Virus record (IMG/VR): IMGVR_UViG_3300029922_000015
Coordinates: 85,935-149,934 of that record
Strand: one strand, 5' to 3'
DNA: 64,000 bases
DNA from: a virus
The notes under the pieces are model-generated. The model made no database searches, was not told the origin of the DNA, and worked only from the letters and a program-made list of their open reading frames with translations. This document shows positions 30,347 through 41,019 of this stretch, piece after piece (position 1 is the stretch's first letter; each line of letters starts with the position of its first letter). The position numbers were made by a program, and so were the translations under genes.

Positions 30347-30697
30347 ATGAACTTCTCGAAGGCAATCCATATCAGCGAAATTCCGCGCGAATGCGTCATC
30401 GCTTGTAGCAACGGCGGAGGCGACTTTACCATGCTGCAATTCTGGCGCGATAAGATCGATTTTCGTGTTGATCGTGAATCGGCGGTTGAATACCTCAAAA
30501 GCGAGCTTTGTTGGTACGATGAGGTAATGAAGGACGAAACCGACGAAACGCTTTCCTGCCGAATTCTTTGTGCAGCCGTGGGCGAGTTTCGTGAGTATAT
30601 CAATGCTTGCGAGACAAAGGGCTTGAATCCCTATGATCCGCAAATTCATTATGAGCCCGCAACAGGTTCGAATATGTTTGTTTTTGCCAAGGGGTAA
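30347..30697 (+). CDS. hypothetical protein, paralogue of 43013..43387
   Basis: PREC...CS...Q.WR...F.V.RE.A..YL...GS..F shared. Confidence 0.7.
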   Translation: MNFSKAIHISEIPRECVIACSNGGGDFTMLQFWRDKIDFRVDRESAVEYLKSELCWYDEVMKDETDETLSCRILCAAVGEFREYINACETKGLNPYDPQIHYEPATGSNMFVFAKG

Positions 30698-30904
30698 ACA
30701 TGAATCGTAAAACCGTGGAGCGGGCGGTTTGTTTAATCGCCTGTTTATTCCTTAGTTTCGAGCATCATTATATCGCGGCAACTATTTGTTTGATTTGTGC
30801 CATTTTTCCTATATGAAAATCTTTTTTGCAATTATTGATTTAATTACTGTGGGTTTGATTCGTTTTTGCTTATACCTTGACGGAGGGGAAGTTTAAGTAA
30901 AAAT

Positions 30905-31642
30905 TTAAAGATCATTCAAATCACTCAAAAGAGTCTGAGCGTCAAATCCGCTAGGAGATAGATTGTTCTTTTCAATCCAATCGGGAGAAAGTACGGCATA
31001 AGCTTCGTCCATATATACTTTTAGAAAAGTCCACGTAAGACGTAAAAGATTTCCCCACGAAACGCAAGTAAGACCGCTCGCATCGTAATCAATAATATTC
31101 ACGCAATGTCCTCCTAACGATCCAATTGCACCATCTCCATGAGTTCCTTGAGAAGTAATATGCCATTCTTCTTGATTCTCACAATTTTTAGGAAGCGCGA
31201 ATCCAGCATAAACGCCTCCTAATAATGCAATACTTTGTTTAATTTGATTAATATTAGCAGGCTCAATTTCCACAAAAGCAGAAATTTTATGAGCACCTAT
31301 ACCGTTATTTTTCCAGTATTTTAAAACCGTCAACAAATCGCATCCATCATCATTTTCGTGTGTTTGAGGATTATATCCGCTTACCGCTTCATAAGCAACT
31401 AAAGCATCATTATTTGTAGGAACAAAGATATTACCAGCGTTATCTGACCAAGTTTGGGTTTGATGCAACGCTCCCGCGATAGTACAATCCCCAATTTGAT
31501 CGTTTAATAACATAGGAAAATTAGAAACAGAACCATCCCATTTACAAGATTTAGGAGGCTCAGGAAGTGCTTTTGCATATTTGCCGAAATAAAGAGTTCG
31601 ATAATCGTGACGGGGCGGCTTTTTTCCTAAACATTTATGCAT
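30905..31642 (-). CDS. papain-like (C1-type) cysteine peptidase
   Basis: NDQIGDCTIAG, GGHCV, VSWG; start re-assigned to ATG 31642, 7 nt after GTGTAAT. Confidence 0.75.
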   Translation of the reverse strand: MHKCLGKKPPRHDYRTLYFGKYAKALPEPPKSCKWDGSVSNFPMLLNDQIGDCTIAGALHQTQTWSDNAGNIFVPTNNDALVAYEAVSGYNPQTHENDDGCDLLTVLKYWKNNGIGAHKISAFVEIEPANINQIKQSIALLGGVYAGFALPKNCENQEEWHITSQGTHGDGAIGSLGGHCVNIIDYDASGLTCVSWGNLLRLTWTFLKVYMDEAYAVLSPDWIEKNNLSPSGFDAQTLLSDLNDL

Positions 31643-31650
31643 ACTAATAA

Positions 31651-31788
31651 TTACACATATTCCCATTTAAATCCGTGTGATTTATATTTAGGTTTGTCTA
31701 ATCCCGCTTTTCTTCGATTACAGAATTCCGAAATACAACTTCTATCGAAACCTAAATTCCTACTTGCTTCGTGAGCCGAAGACCAAAT
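31651..31788 (-). pseudogene. NUMOD1 remnant of a decayed homing endonuclease
   Basis: IWSSAHEASRNLGFDRSCISEFCNRRK...HGFKWEYV*, preceded by three in-frame stops with no start codon. Confidence 0.7.
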
Positions 31789-31848
31789 TTACTATCAAAT
31801 TTCAAAAAATTTCTTGACAATATGTAAACTTTCCTTAATAATTACACT

Positions 31849-32100
31849 ATGCGTCCAGAATTAGTTTATCCTTCCGAAGAAAATCCGGTTTATTGTCATG
31901 ATTGCAAGGAACATATCAGGGAAAATGATTTGTTTGGACGTTTTCGCGGCCAATGGACTATTTTGTATTGCGCTAAGTGTTTCGGTACTTATTGCGACAA
32001 AGAAATGGATTATAATCATCCAGAGATTGTTAAATTGATGGAAATGAAACTAAACTCTAATCGGCGTTACACAGAGGAAGATTTAATAAAGAAATATTAA
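31849..32100 (+). CDS. zinc-finger protein
   Basis: CHDC...CAKC. Confidence 0.55.
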   Translation: MRPELVYPSEENPVYCHDCKEHIRENDLFGRFRGQWTILYCAKCFGTYCDKEMDYNHPEIVKLMEMKLNSNRRYTEEDLIKKY

Positions 32101-32143
32101 AAAAAGATTTGACAAGGCGCGTATCCTGTGAGATCATTAACTC

Positions 32144-32896
32144 ATGAACTCGAAAATCCGCTTTGGAGTTGAAATTGAAGGGGGATGGAAAAACGCCTCT
32201 AAAATTACTTCTCTCATCAAAGATGACGGATCGGTTATTATACCGGAATACTCTTCCCTCTATTCCATTTTCACGGGGCGCGGACATCTTACTCCAAGAG
32301 AAAAAGCCCAAATTATTAAAGCAAAACCTAGCAATCTTTGTGGTGAGGTAGCGAGTCCGGTTTTCAATACGTTGCCTCAATTCAAACGGTGGACTCGGCG
32401 CGTTTATCCCGACGCCACAAACGCTACTTGTGGTTTGCATATCCATGTTTCTTTCCCCCGTCTTATAGATTATGCGACATTAATGACACGCAGTTTTAAT
32501 AGTCGCTTTTTGTCAGAAATAAATCGGTTTGGAGAGAATTTTGTTGATAAAGACGAAGCGATGGCCAAAATTTATTGGGATCGTTTCTTTAACAAAAATA
32601 GTTATTCTTTAAAAAAGTTCTGCCCTCTTGGAACTTTGCAAAACGATGCGGGACATAAATATCGTTTCATTAATTACGGAGCTTTTACTTATACTGATAG
32701 AAAGCGAACGTTCGAATGTCGGTCTTTTCCGGCTTTTAATCAGCGAGGATTGGCGGAAAAGGCCGTTGAATTGTTTTTGAAATTGTGTGAGGATTATATC
32801 GCGGAATTTGCTAATCCCGAAGACCCGGAAATCGTGTTGAATATGCAAGTCCTCAAAAGGTATCTTTCACCCGATGAGTCTTTAAATAAGGAATAA
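32144..32896 (+). CDS. putative amidoligase 7
   Basis: FGVEIEG, DDGSV, GEVASP, CGLHIHVS, KYRFIN, TFECR. Confidence 0.88.
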   Translation: MNSKIRFGVEIEGGWKNASKITSLIKDDGSVIIPEYSSLYSIFTGRGHLTPREKAQIIKAKPSNLCGEVASPVFNTLPQFKRWTRRVYPDATNATCGLHIHVSFPRLIDYATLMTRSFNSRFLSEINRFGENFVDKDEAMAKIYWDRFFNKNSYSLKKFCPLGTLQNDAGHKYRFINYGAFTYTDRKRTFECRSFPAFNQRGLAEKAVELFLKLCEDYIAEFANPEDPEIVLNMQVLKRYLSPDESLNKE

Positions 32897-33648
32897 ACAA
32901 ATGAAATTTAAGGTAAACGATATCGTTGTAATCAAAGCTTATCAAAACGACGAAATGAATGGTGAGGGGCGCGTTACTCAAATCCATTCCGATAAGCATG
33001 TTACGCATAGCATTCACGTATCTAACATGAATATGCCTTATTGCGGGGGCGTTTGTCAGTGGTTTAAACCGGACGAACTTATAAAGAAATAAACGTAATG
33101 GAAAACTCTTTTGTTATTCAATATCTTCCAATAGGAGAAAAGGAATGGTGCAATTTCGAAAGTGCGTTTGGAGCGGATGGTTTTTATTCCTACGAACGAG
33201 CCTGCCAACTTTTAGACGAATGGAACGCGCTATATGTTAATAAGCTAGTCCATGTTTATAAAAATAAAGAACTAAGAGCCTTAAAAGGTGTGTCGGGCTG
33301 GCGCGTTGTCGAAAAGATCGGAAATGAATATTTCCCTTTGAAAAAGAACTTGGAAGTATGATTGCGCAACTCACTCAAAACATTGTTGATATCGATGGCG
33401 AGCGATTTAATTTGCCGATTGATAATTTTGGATTGTCCGAATACTTCAAAAAGCCTAATAATCCCGACAAAATTAAATTTAAAGATAGACTAACGGCGCG
33501 GGAACGATTGGCCGTCATTCAACGAAACAAACGAAATGGCACGTTTGGACTGCTTTATAATTTGTAAAATTTTTCTTGACATCGCGTAAATAGCGCGATA
33601 TAATTATCTTGTGAGCCTTATCTGCAATCCCCTTCTCGCGAACTAAAC

Positions 33649-34062
33649 ATGAAAATCGAATCTAATGTCTCGGATGAGATTATAAACAATGCGCTTATCG
33701 GCGCGCGGGAAGGGGCGACGTGCTATTGGGCTCAAAGTCGATTATTCGATCCGAATAAACGAAAGGATATTAAACTCCATCTCAATCCCTTGGAAGGAAG
33801 ATATTTTGTTGGCGAAGGTAAATATGATGGCGAGGAACTTTGGCTAAACTCCGAGTGCGGAAATAAAGCACTATCATTTTTTGAAGAGGAAAATCCTGAA
33901 ATTGAACTTTTTGTGACTCATTGTAGGATTAGTCGCGGATTGCTTTTAATGTCCGAAAAGTATCCCAAGCATTTTGCGGATTTGATTGGCGAGAACGACG
34001 ATGCAACGACCCACGATGTTTTCCTCCAATGCTGTCTTCTTAATAATGTAATTTATGGTTAA
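33649..34062 (+). CDS. phage hypothetical protein
   Basis: YWA ... DATTHDVFLQCCLLNNVIYG C-terminus. Confidence 0.65.
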   Translation: MKIESNVSDEIINNALIGAREGATCYWAQSRLFDPNKRKDIKLHLNPLEGRYFVGEGKYDGEELWLNSECGNKALSFFEEENPEIELFVTHCRISRGLLLMSEKYPKHFADLIGENDDATTHDVFLQCCLLNNVIYG

Positions 34063-34503
34063 ATATAAAATTCGTCGTTCGGATGGTTTGTTTTATAATC
34101 CCGGCAAACCGGGAGTTAGATATCATCGTTTCGGCAAGGAATTTATCGAAAAGAATTTTGATAAAACGGGCAAACTTTATTCTAAAATTGGCATGGCGCG
34201 TCGAGCGATTGAAGATATAGCGTTACCTGTAAATAAAAGTTGGGCCGGAGAATTTTGTCAAACTCCTTATAACTGTGATTTGATTGAAGTGACTTTTATT
34301 CAACATTGCCGAGTAATTAAATGAGCAAATCTAAAGTAAAATGTAAGACGCCATCAAAGGCTCAAGTCAATTTCAAGCACGAACAACGAAAGAAGATGAA
34401 TCGCGAGATTCGTCATTCGGATCGACAACAAGAGGAATTTTTAGCGTATCGGCGCGAGGCTCAAGATAGATGTGTTAGCGAGTCTTGCGGGCCAGAAATT
34501 TAA

Positions 34504-34780
34504 AACAATTTTTAACTCACTATCTATTAATTAGATAGCTATATAATCGAGTGAGAAGTACGGTAGCTCCCAAAAATCCAGTGATTATTTGAAGTTAAGA
34601 AGCAAAATGGATTAACAAAGATTCTAAAAGATAACAATTTTCCGAAACGACGGTTGCAAACGTTGTCACGTAAAGAGATTGTTATCGAGGTTGTAATCAC
34701 TCTCAATTTTAGTTTACAAATTAATCGCCTCGCACGAGGAAAGCGCCGCCAGCGCGAAGACAGTGAAACTTAATTAATTT
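34504..34780 (+). ncRNA. candidate structured ncRNA/leader
   Basis: ORF-free; gataacaatt/gattgttatc, agtgattat/gtaatcact and ctatcta/tagatag stems; three-way-junction motif. Confidence 0.45.
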
Positions 34781-35098
34781 ATGATCATATTTTTATCCAA
34801 GGAACAAAAGGCTAAGTATAAAACTTGGCGGAAAACCATTCAAATCGATACGGAAGAAACCTGTGATATTGGTTATGATGTTATAACGGTTACTCGCGGA
34901 AGTATCGGAGATTCGATTGTCGCTTCTTACGGAGACGATCAATGCAATCTTACAATTGACGACGACGGTTTTCTAATTAATTATGGCGATACTTTTGTTT
35001 ATCCAGAAATCGAGGTAGACATTCAAGAATATCATAAAAAACTAAAAGAATTCGAGAATTTGCTTGACAGCCAATAAATCGCCGTTTATAATATTAGT

Positions 35099-35437
35099 AT
35101 GAACACTACTACCTTCACCGCCTCCTCAATGCGCAGTCCTCTCGCTTCCCTCGGCATGTTTAAGCGCACTAAGCGCAAGTCATGGGAGTTCGACGGACGC
35201 GCCGCTCGCCGGAAGCAGACTGGCGAGATTTACAACGGGCCTGAAATTGATATCTCTGAGTATCTTGTGCAGCAAAACGCAAAAACCGTTAAGATTAAGT
35301 TTATCGCTAAGAGCGGAGTTTACCTTTTCCCCGATCGTCGCGAATTCCCGAATAAGGATATCTCGGGCGCGAAGGAATATGCTCGACTTAAGGGCTTCTC
35401 GATTCTCAAGCTCGGAGGAATCAAGATTCGACTTTAA
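35099..35437 (+). CDS. basic hypothetical protein
   Basis: Consensus TTGACA-17-TATAAT-6-ATG promoter. Confidence 0.7.
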   Translation: MNTTTFTASSMRSPLASLGMFKRTKRKSWEFDGRAARRKQTGEIYNGPEIDISEYLVQQNAKTVKIKFIAKSGVYLFPDRREFPNKDISGAKEYARLKGFSILKLGGIKIRL

Positions 35438-35741
35438 TTTATAGGGTTAAAAACTGTCGAAATCCGCCATTGATTAAAGGGAATACGAACAGACATTAAC
35501 CTTATAAAAATTTATAAACACTATGGAAACAAACAAAGACAAGCACGCATCGGTACAATACGTGAACGCTCCTAATCTCGGGGCGCTCCAAACGCAAGTT
35601 AATCAACTTCTCCATGATTCGGCCACGAAGGCTGGATTGCAGGGTCGATTGGTTGGCTCGCCCGCCTCGATTACGGTTGATAATCAGCCCGCGCTGGTTC
35701 AGGCTATCGAATTTGCAGCGTAAGTTGGGATTGCTGTTCAT

Positions 35742-35776
35742 GGGATATAGGCGGGAGTAACTAACGCCTATATTTT
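35742..35776 (+). promoter_or_regulatory. GRRGTRACTAA-loop hairpin (copy 1), possibly also a terminator
   Basis: atataggcg-GGAGTAACTAA-cgcctatat followed by a T-run. Confidence 0.6.
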
Positions 35777-38235
35777 CCGTAAAATTACTTGATTTTTCGC
35801 TCAAGTAGTGCTATAATCTCTTCATGCGTAAAACTAAAAGTTTAGGCCGAATTACCGATTTGGGTTATTCGGTTTACCAGAGCGATGATAGATGGTCGCT
35901 CGAAAAGAATGGTAAAGCCTGTGATGTCGCGCCTTGTGGCGCTACGCAATCCCAAGCCGTCAAACAGTTTATGGATTACCTTAGAATAAAATAATTATGA
36001 AAGTTGAAATTGCAAATCGAGAGTTTTTTATTGATGCGTTGCGTAAGGCTCGGACAAAGGCTGTCGCGAAAGCTAAAAGTGATCTGAAATTCTATCAAGA
36101 TAATCTAGCCGATAAAAAAGCTAAGGCGAAGAAATGGTTTTCGGGCGTTGGCGATTGGGAAGTTAGGTTTGGCGAGTCATACGTTCAAGACGCGGTTAAT
36201 GCCGTTACGGACTCAGAAAAGCTTTTGTCGCATCTCGAAACCGTTTTGCTCAGCAAGAATACGGGAACGGTTTACTTGGAAAACGAAGAAATTACCCTGC
36301 TAGCTCCATTTATTAAGTAACCTATGGAGATTACAGGACGATATGCTCCCAATGAAAATAGTTTGCGCAATCAATCTATTTTCTATCTAAACAATGGGGT
36401 TAAAGCTACTGTCGAAGAAACGGCGGTGTTAGGTCGCATAATCGTTCAACTTGAAGACGGTTTGGGGTATTGGACTAATCTGAATGGGTTGAAAAATCTG
36501 CCCTTACGCTTTCAATTCGCTAGGGCTTGGGAAGATAAAGATAAGAATGTTTTGCGTCCATTGTTTTCAAGAATCTATCCTAATCCCGGTTGCGAAGGAC
36601 TTATGCTCGCGGGCGAAGTGCGCGATTTGTATCGGGGTCGAGAATGGATTGAATAATGAATGTCGAACCTCCTATAACAAAATCTATTTCCAAAAAACAG
36701 TTACTTAAGGAATCAATCGATAAAAGAGATTCCATTGCGCGTTTTAAGATCGGGCTGACTGTTATGTCTTTTCAAGAATTAGATGAATCGGAGATGAGTT
36801 TTCTGAAAATTCCTTTAATAATGAAAAGCTTGGACGATTGGCTGGATTTTTTGAACGAACAAGTCGAAAAAGGTATTGACAAGTCATAAACCGTATAATA
36901 CAATTATCGCATGGCTAGAATTATAGTTTATATTATGATGACCGCCTCTTGGATTATGATCGTCGGCGGCGCGATTATAATGCTTGTCAGTTGTGGTTTT
37001 TGTATCAAAGATATTCTATATGTGCTCACCAGACTCTAAACAATTCTATCTGAATTATTGCGCGGGATTGGTTGTTTTAGACCCGATTGGCGAAGATATT
37101 TACTTTTTTGAGCCTTGCATTAAGCATAAGAACGCAACAATCTTTAGTATCAATATGATTTTGGGATTTTATGAGCGATGGAAAGGCGTGCCCGAGATAA
37201 TCAATTCTCTTCGCGTTTTTAATATGCCAATTGAATTGTTTATTCAGCAATTAAAATAAATTTGACAAACAAGAGTTGGTTTCCGATTAACGCTCGCAAA
37301 ATCGTCTGTGATCAAGGAACATAGAGCAATCTATTAATCATTAAAAAGTGGCGTGGGAGAAAATTCGTAGCATTTTCGTTTGTACCACTAAACTCTGTAG
37401 ATAAAGAATTCCTTTCATCCAAGAAAATAACAGGAATCGATATCAAAATGTCCAAAGTTGAGATGGAGATTCAATAATGACCGCGAGCCTTGTTTGTTCA
37501 GATTGCCAAGAAAAGGTTATTGAAACGATGGTCGGCAAGCCCGCATCTAAAGCTTTCTATTGTCCGTTTTGTGATGATTTTGTCAGACCTAAAAAGAGCT
37601 TGACATCGAACGAAACCGAACCTATAAAGGAATAATGGCTGATAATTATTTTATGGTTTACCGAGCGAAACCTCCCTTTGAGGTATTTAAAGGGGTGCGG
37701 TTTGGGCGCGTTGATTACGCTGGTGCTTCGCACAATCAACAAGATTGCGAGCGATTAGTTACGGCTTTGAACGGCGGCAAACCTAGGGGTTTTAAAGCCA
37801 ACGTCACTAGCGCGGCGCTCAAGATTCTCCAAAAGAACTTGGAGAACGTTTTGTTTGAGCCCGCGAAGGTATTTCCGCCCGATGGCATCGCAAAGATTCC
37901 CGATGTTTTTACCGTGACTTACGATTCGCTTATTGATGAATTGCAGGAGGTTTACACATGATTATTGTTATAGTAATGTTGGTTATTATTAACATCGCAT
38001 TCGTTTTGTTGGTAAGTGAAAGCCAGAGCGAGGTAAAGCATTTGAAGGCATTGAACGAATCTTATAAAGATTATAATCAAATTTGGCGCGATTTAGCTGA
38101 GCAACGATTAGATACCATCGCGAAAAGAAACTTTGAAATTGTTAAATTAATTAGAAAGTTGCAAAAATATGGATTGGATAAAGAAAAGTGAAAATTTCTC
38201 TTGACACGACATAAATCGTATGCGATGATGTTATC

Positions 38236-38467
38236 CACACGCTAGACAAAAGGAGAATCCATCATGAAGTAAACTAACATCATTATAAGCAACGGTTAAG
38301 AGATTATGAGATTGTAGGCAGTAACTTAAAGAACTAGATAAGGATACAATGAAGCCTCCGTAGCTATAAAACAAATTTAAGATTAAAGATAGAGTATAAT
38401 GAAAAGTTAGTTGGTTAGTTGTTGAGACGCGCTGTTGGAATTCCGAGCCAATGGCGCGTCTCTTGTT
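38236..38467 (+). ncRNA. candidate small RNA carrying an SD-ATG-AAG-TAA minigene
   Basis: Promoter 38201, long-range stem aactaac..tcattata/tataatga..gttagtt, 15-bp terminal hairpin 38424-38462. Confidence 0.5.
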
Positions 38468-40296
38468 AAAGAAATTTATGGATAGTGTTTATCAAATTTT
38501 AGACGTGGAATTTAATCGCAAGAATGGATTTCGCAAGGGGATAGGCCAATATTTTCGAGTCGCGCCTCAATATGCTCACGTTCTAGTGGTTCAAGCGCAA
38601 TCGGCGCACGGTCGCATCTATAATGATTGGGCCGAATTTAAGGCGGATAACGAAAGTAGTTTTAATTAAAATTTTATGCCCAAAACTTCGCTGTCCCTAA
38701 TTAAAAGGATTGGCGAGTTTCGGGCTCTCTTTAGAAAACAATAATGAATAATCCAAACCCTCAATATTATGTGGCTGTTGCTCAAGCGGATATCGGATTT
38801 ACGTTGAAGATCATTGTAAATCTAACAACGAGAACTGCGAGGATTTTTTCTTTAGAACAAGCTGTCAAAGAATGTCGGGCGCAACAACGGTCGGGCGTTG
38901 TCGCAACTTATCTTCCGGTTGTATAATATGAATGATCTTGCTAAATCATTAGAGAAGCTAATCAAGATGATAGGCGAAAAGACTTGGGTTGATGGATATG
39001 AACTTAGATCGGGAATTCACGGAGATGAAGTTTGGGCTAATAAACAAGAAGCCAGCGATTTCTTTGAAGCCGAAAAGAATTTAAAAGATTATCTTGACAA
39101 TCAATAGATCGTATATTATTATAACGATATGGAAAATGCTTCCCTTCTTAATGCCAGCGATAAGAGATGGCTTCCGTCTTTTCAAGAAACGGCTGAGCGT
39201 TTGGGCGTCGAATATCAAATCTCAATCGAGCCTTACGAGGATAATTATAATCTAACTATTCGTTTTGAGTTGAATGGTATGAAGCACACAGAAGTTAATT
39301 TCAAGCAGGCTACCGAAGAACTGGAAGATTGGGCCGATGGATATCATTCGCGTAAGATTGAAGCAGAAGCCTATCGGCGAGATGAGCTAGAAGCGTTTGG
39401 CGATATGGCAAGCGAATTCGCTGAGCCCGAACCAGAACATCCCGAATTTTAATTTATGAGCTTAAAAAGAGACATAAAAAAAGTTTATCGCAAGGTAAAA
39501 CGCGCAATAAAAAAGGTAGATAATCAAAACTCTTTGGAGTTTGCTTTGCTGAAACTTCAATTGCGTAATTTGGAAAGGATGATGTAATGCGAAACATTCC
39601 CCGATTTGTTTGTAGTTTGCTTAATCACGATTATATACGGATAGACTACAATTCTAAACATCATCGTCATATCGAGCTTTGTAAATGTTGCGGCGATAGG
39701 CGCATCTCCATGAATTTCAGCGAGTTAATTAAAATGGATTTGACGCCAAAGAATTAGCTTGACATCTTCTTAATTTAAGGTTATTCTAATTTTAACATGA
39801 ATCTTATTGTTTGGCTTTGTCTGTTTCCGATTTGTTGGTCGCTTTGTAATTTTATTGACGCTCTTCGTTATACAATTATAGGCGTCGAAGTGGATAATAA
39901 AAGCACCTATGCTATAGCGGTCGGAATTGACGTGTTGATTTTTTTCGTAATTTATTTCACTGTGGCTTTTCATCTAGCATGAAACAATTTCTAGTCATTC
40001 AAAACAAGGAAAAGTATCCTTGGCTCAAGGGACATAAATCGCCGCCGGACGAATACCAAACGCCTTCGATTGGCGTTTACGTTCCTCAGTGGAAAGAATA
40101 TTTGCTTAGAGTTGACGGCTCGGACGAAGAATATCGCACGCAGGAACAAATTGAAGAGAAATACGGGGAAACACATACTGTTTTTTATTTTGATTCCCTA
40201 ACGGAATTAGCCAAAGAATTTATAACGCAAGGTTGGAAAGAATACGTTGACGATAAAGCAAACGATTTTAATATTACGCATCAAGATTAATAAAAT

Positions 40297-41019
40297 ATGA
40301 GCACATTCAAAGCCGTGGGAATTGAAATTGAAGGGGGATGGAAGAACGTAGAACGAGTAGCTAAATGGTTTAAAAGCGATTCGAGCGCCGTTGTGCCGGG
40401 GTATCAACATGTTCATAATCTTCATAAAGGGGATTACTTGATCAATCCTCCTAAAACGCCTGTTAGCGGAGAAGTTAATAGCGAGCCTTATGCTCAAACA
40501 GGCTCATTACACAGTTGGATTGAACGCGCTCATCCCGATGGCGTAGCCGACACTTGCGGCGTTCACATTCATACTTCTTTTAATACTTTGACGGATTATG
40601 CTAAGATTATGACGGAAACGTTTTATAATCGCCTAACTGCCCGTATGATGCGTTTTGGGAATGAAGAGGTAAACGGTAAGGATGCGGCGGAAACATCGTT
40701 CTGGCGGCGTTTTTGGGGTTTTAACGGCTATTCTCAGCGCGGGTTCGTCCATGTTCTTTATGGAAATAAGAATTGGGGCGTTAATTACGGAGCTTTTAGA
40801 GGGGATAACGAAGGGCTTCGTAAATATAAAACGTTTGAAATGAGAATCTTTCCTTCGTTTGCGCGGGCCGAAACAACGCACAAAGGGGTCGAAGCTTATC
40901 TCGAAGTGATTAACGAAACCTTAAACGAGCACCCGCCTTTTCAGCCAGAGATTGAAGTGGCTTTGAAAAATCTAAAAGGTTTACATTCCGATGTAGCTAG
41001 GTTGATTCCCGAAAAATAA
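40297..41019 (+). CDS. putative amidoligase 8
   Basis: GIEIEG, SDSSAV, GEVNS, CGVHIHTS, TFEMRIF. Confidence 0.82.
   Translation: MSTFKAVGIEIEGGWKNVERVAKWFKSDSSAVVPGYQHVHNLHKGDYLINPPKTPVSGEVNSEPYAQTGSLHSWIERAHPDGVADTCGVHIHTSFNTLTDYAKIMTETFYNRLTARMMRFGNEEVNGKDAAETSFWRRFWGFNGYSQRGFVHVLYGNKNWGVNYGAFRGDNEGLRKYKTFEMRIFPSFARAETTHKGVEAYLEVINETLNEHPPFQPEIEVALKNLKGLHSDVARLIPEK

Noticed and set aside
34735-34760. GAGGAAAG resembling the RNase P RNA 5' motif
   Set aside because: Not followed by UCC, and no matching 3' conserved region
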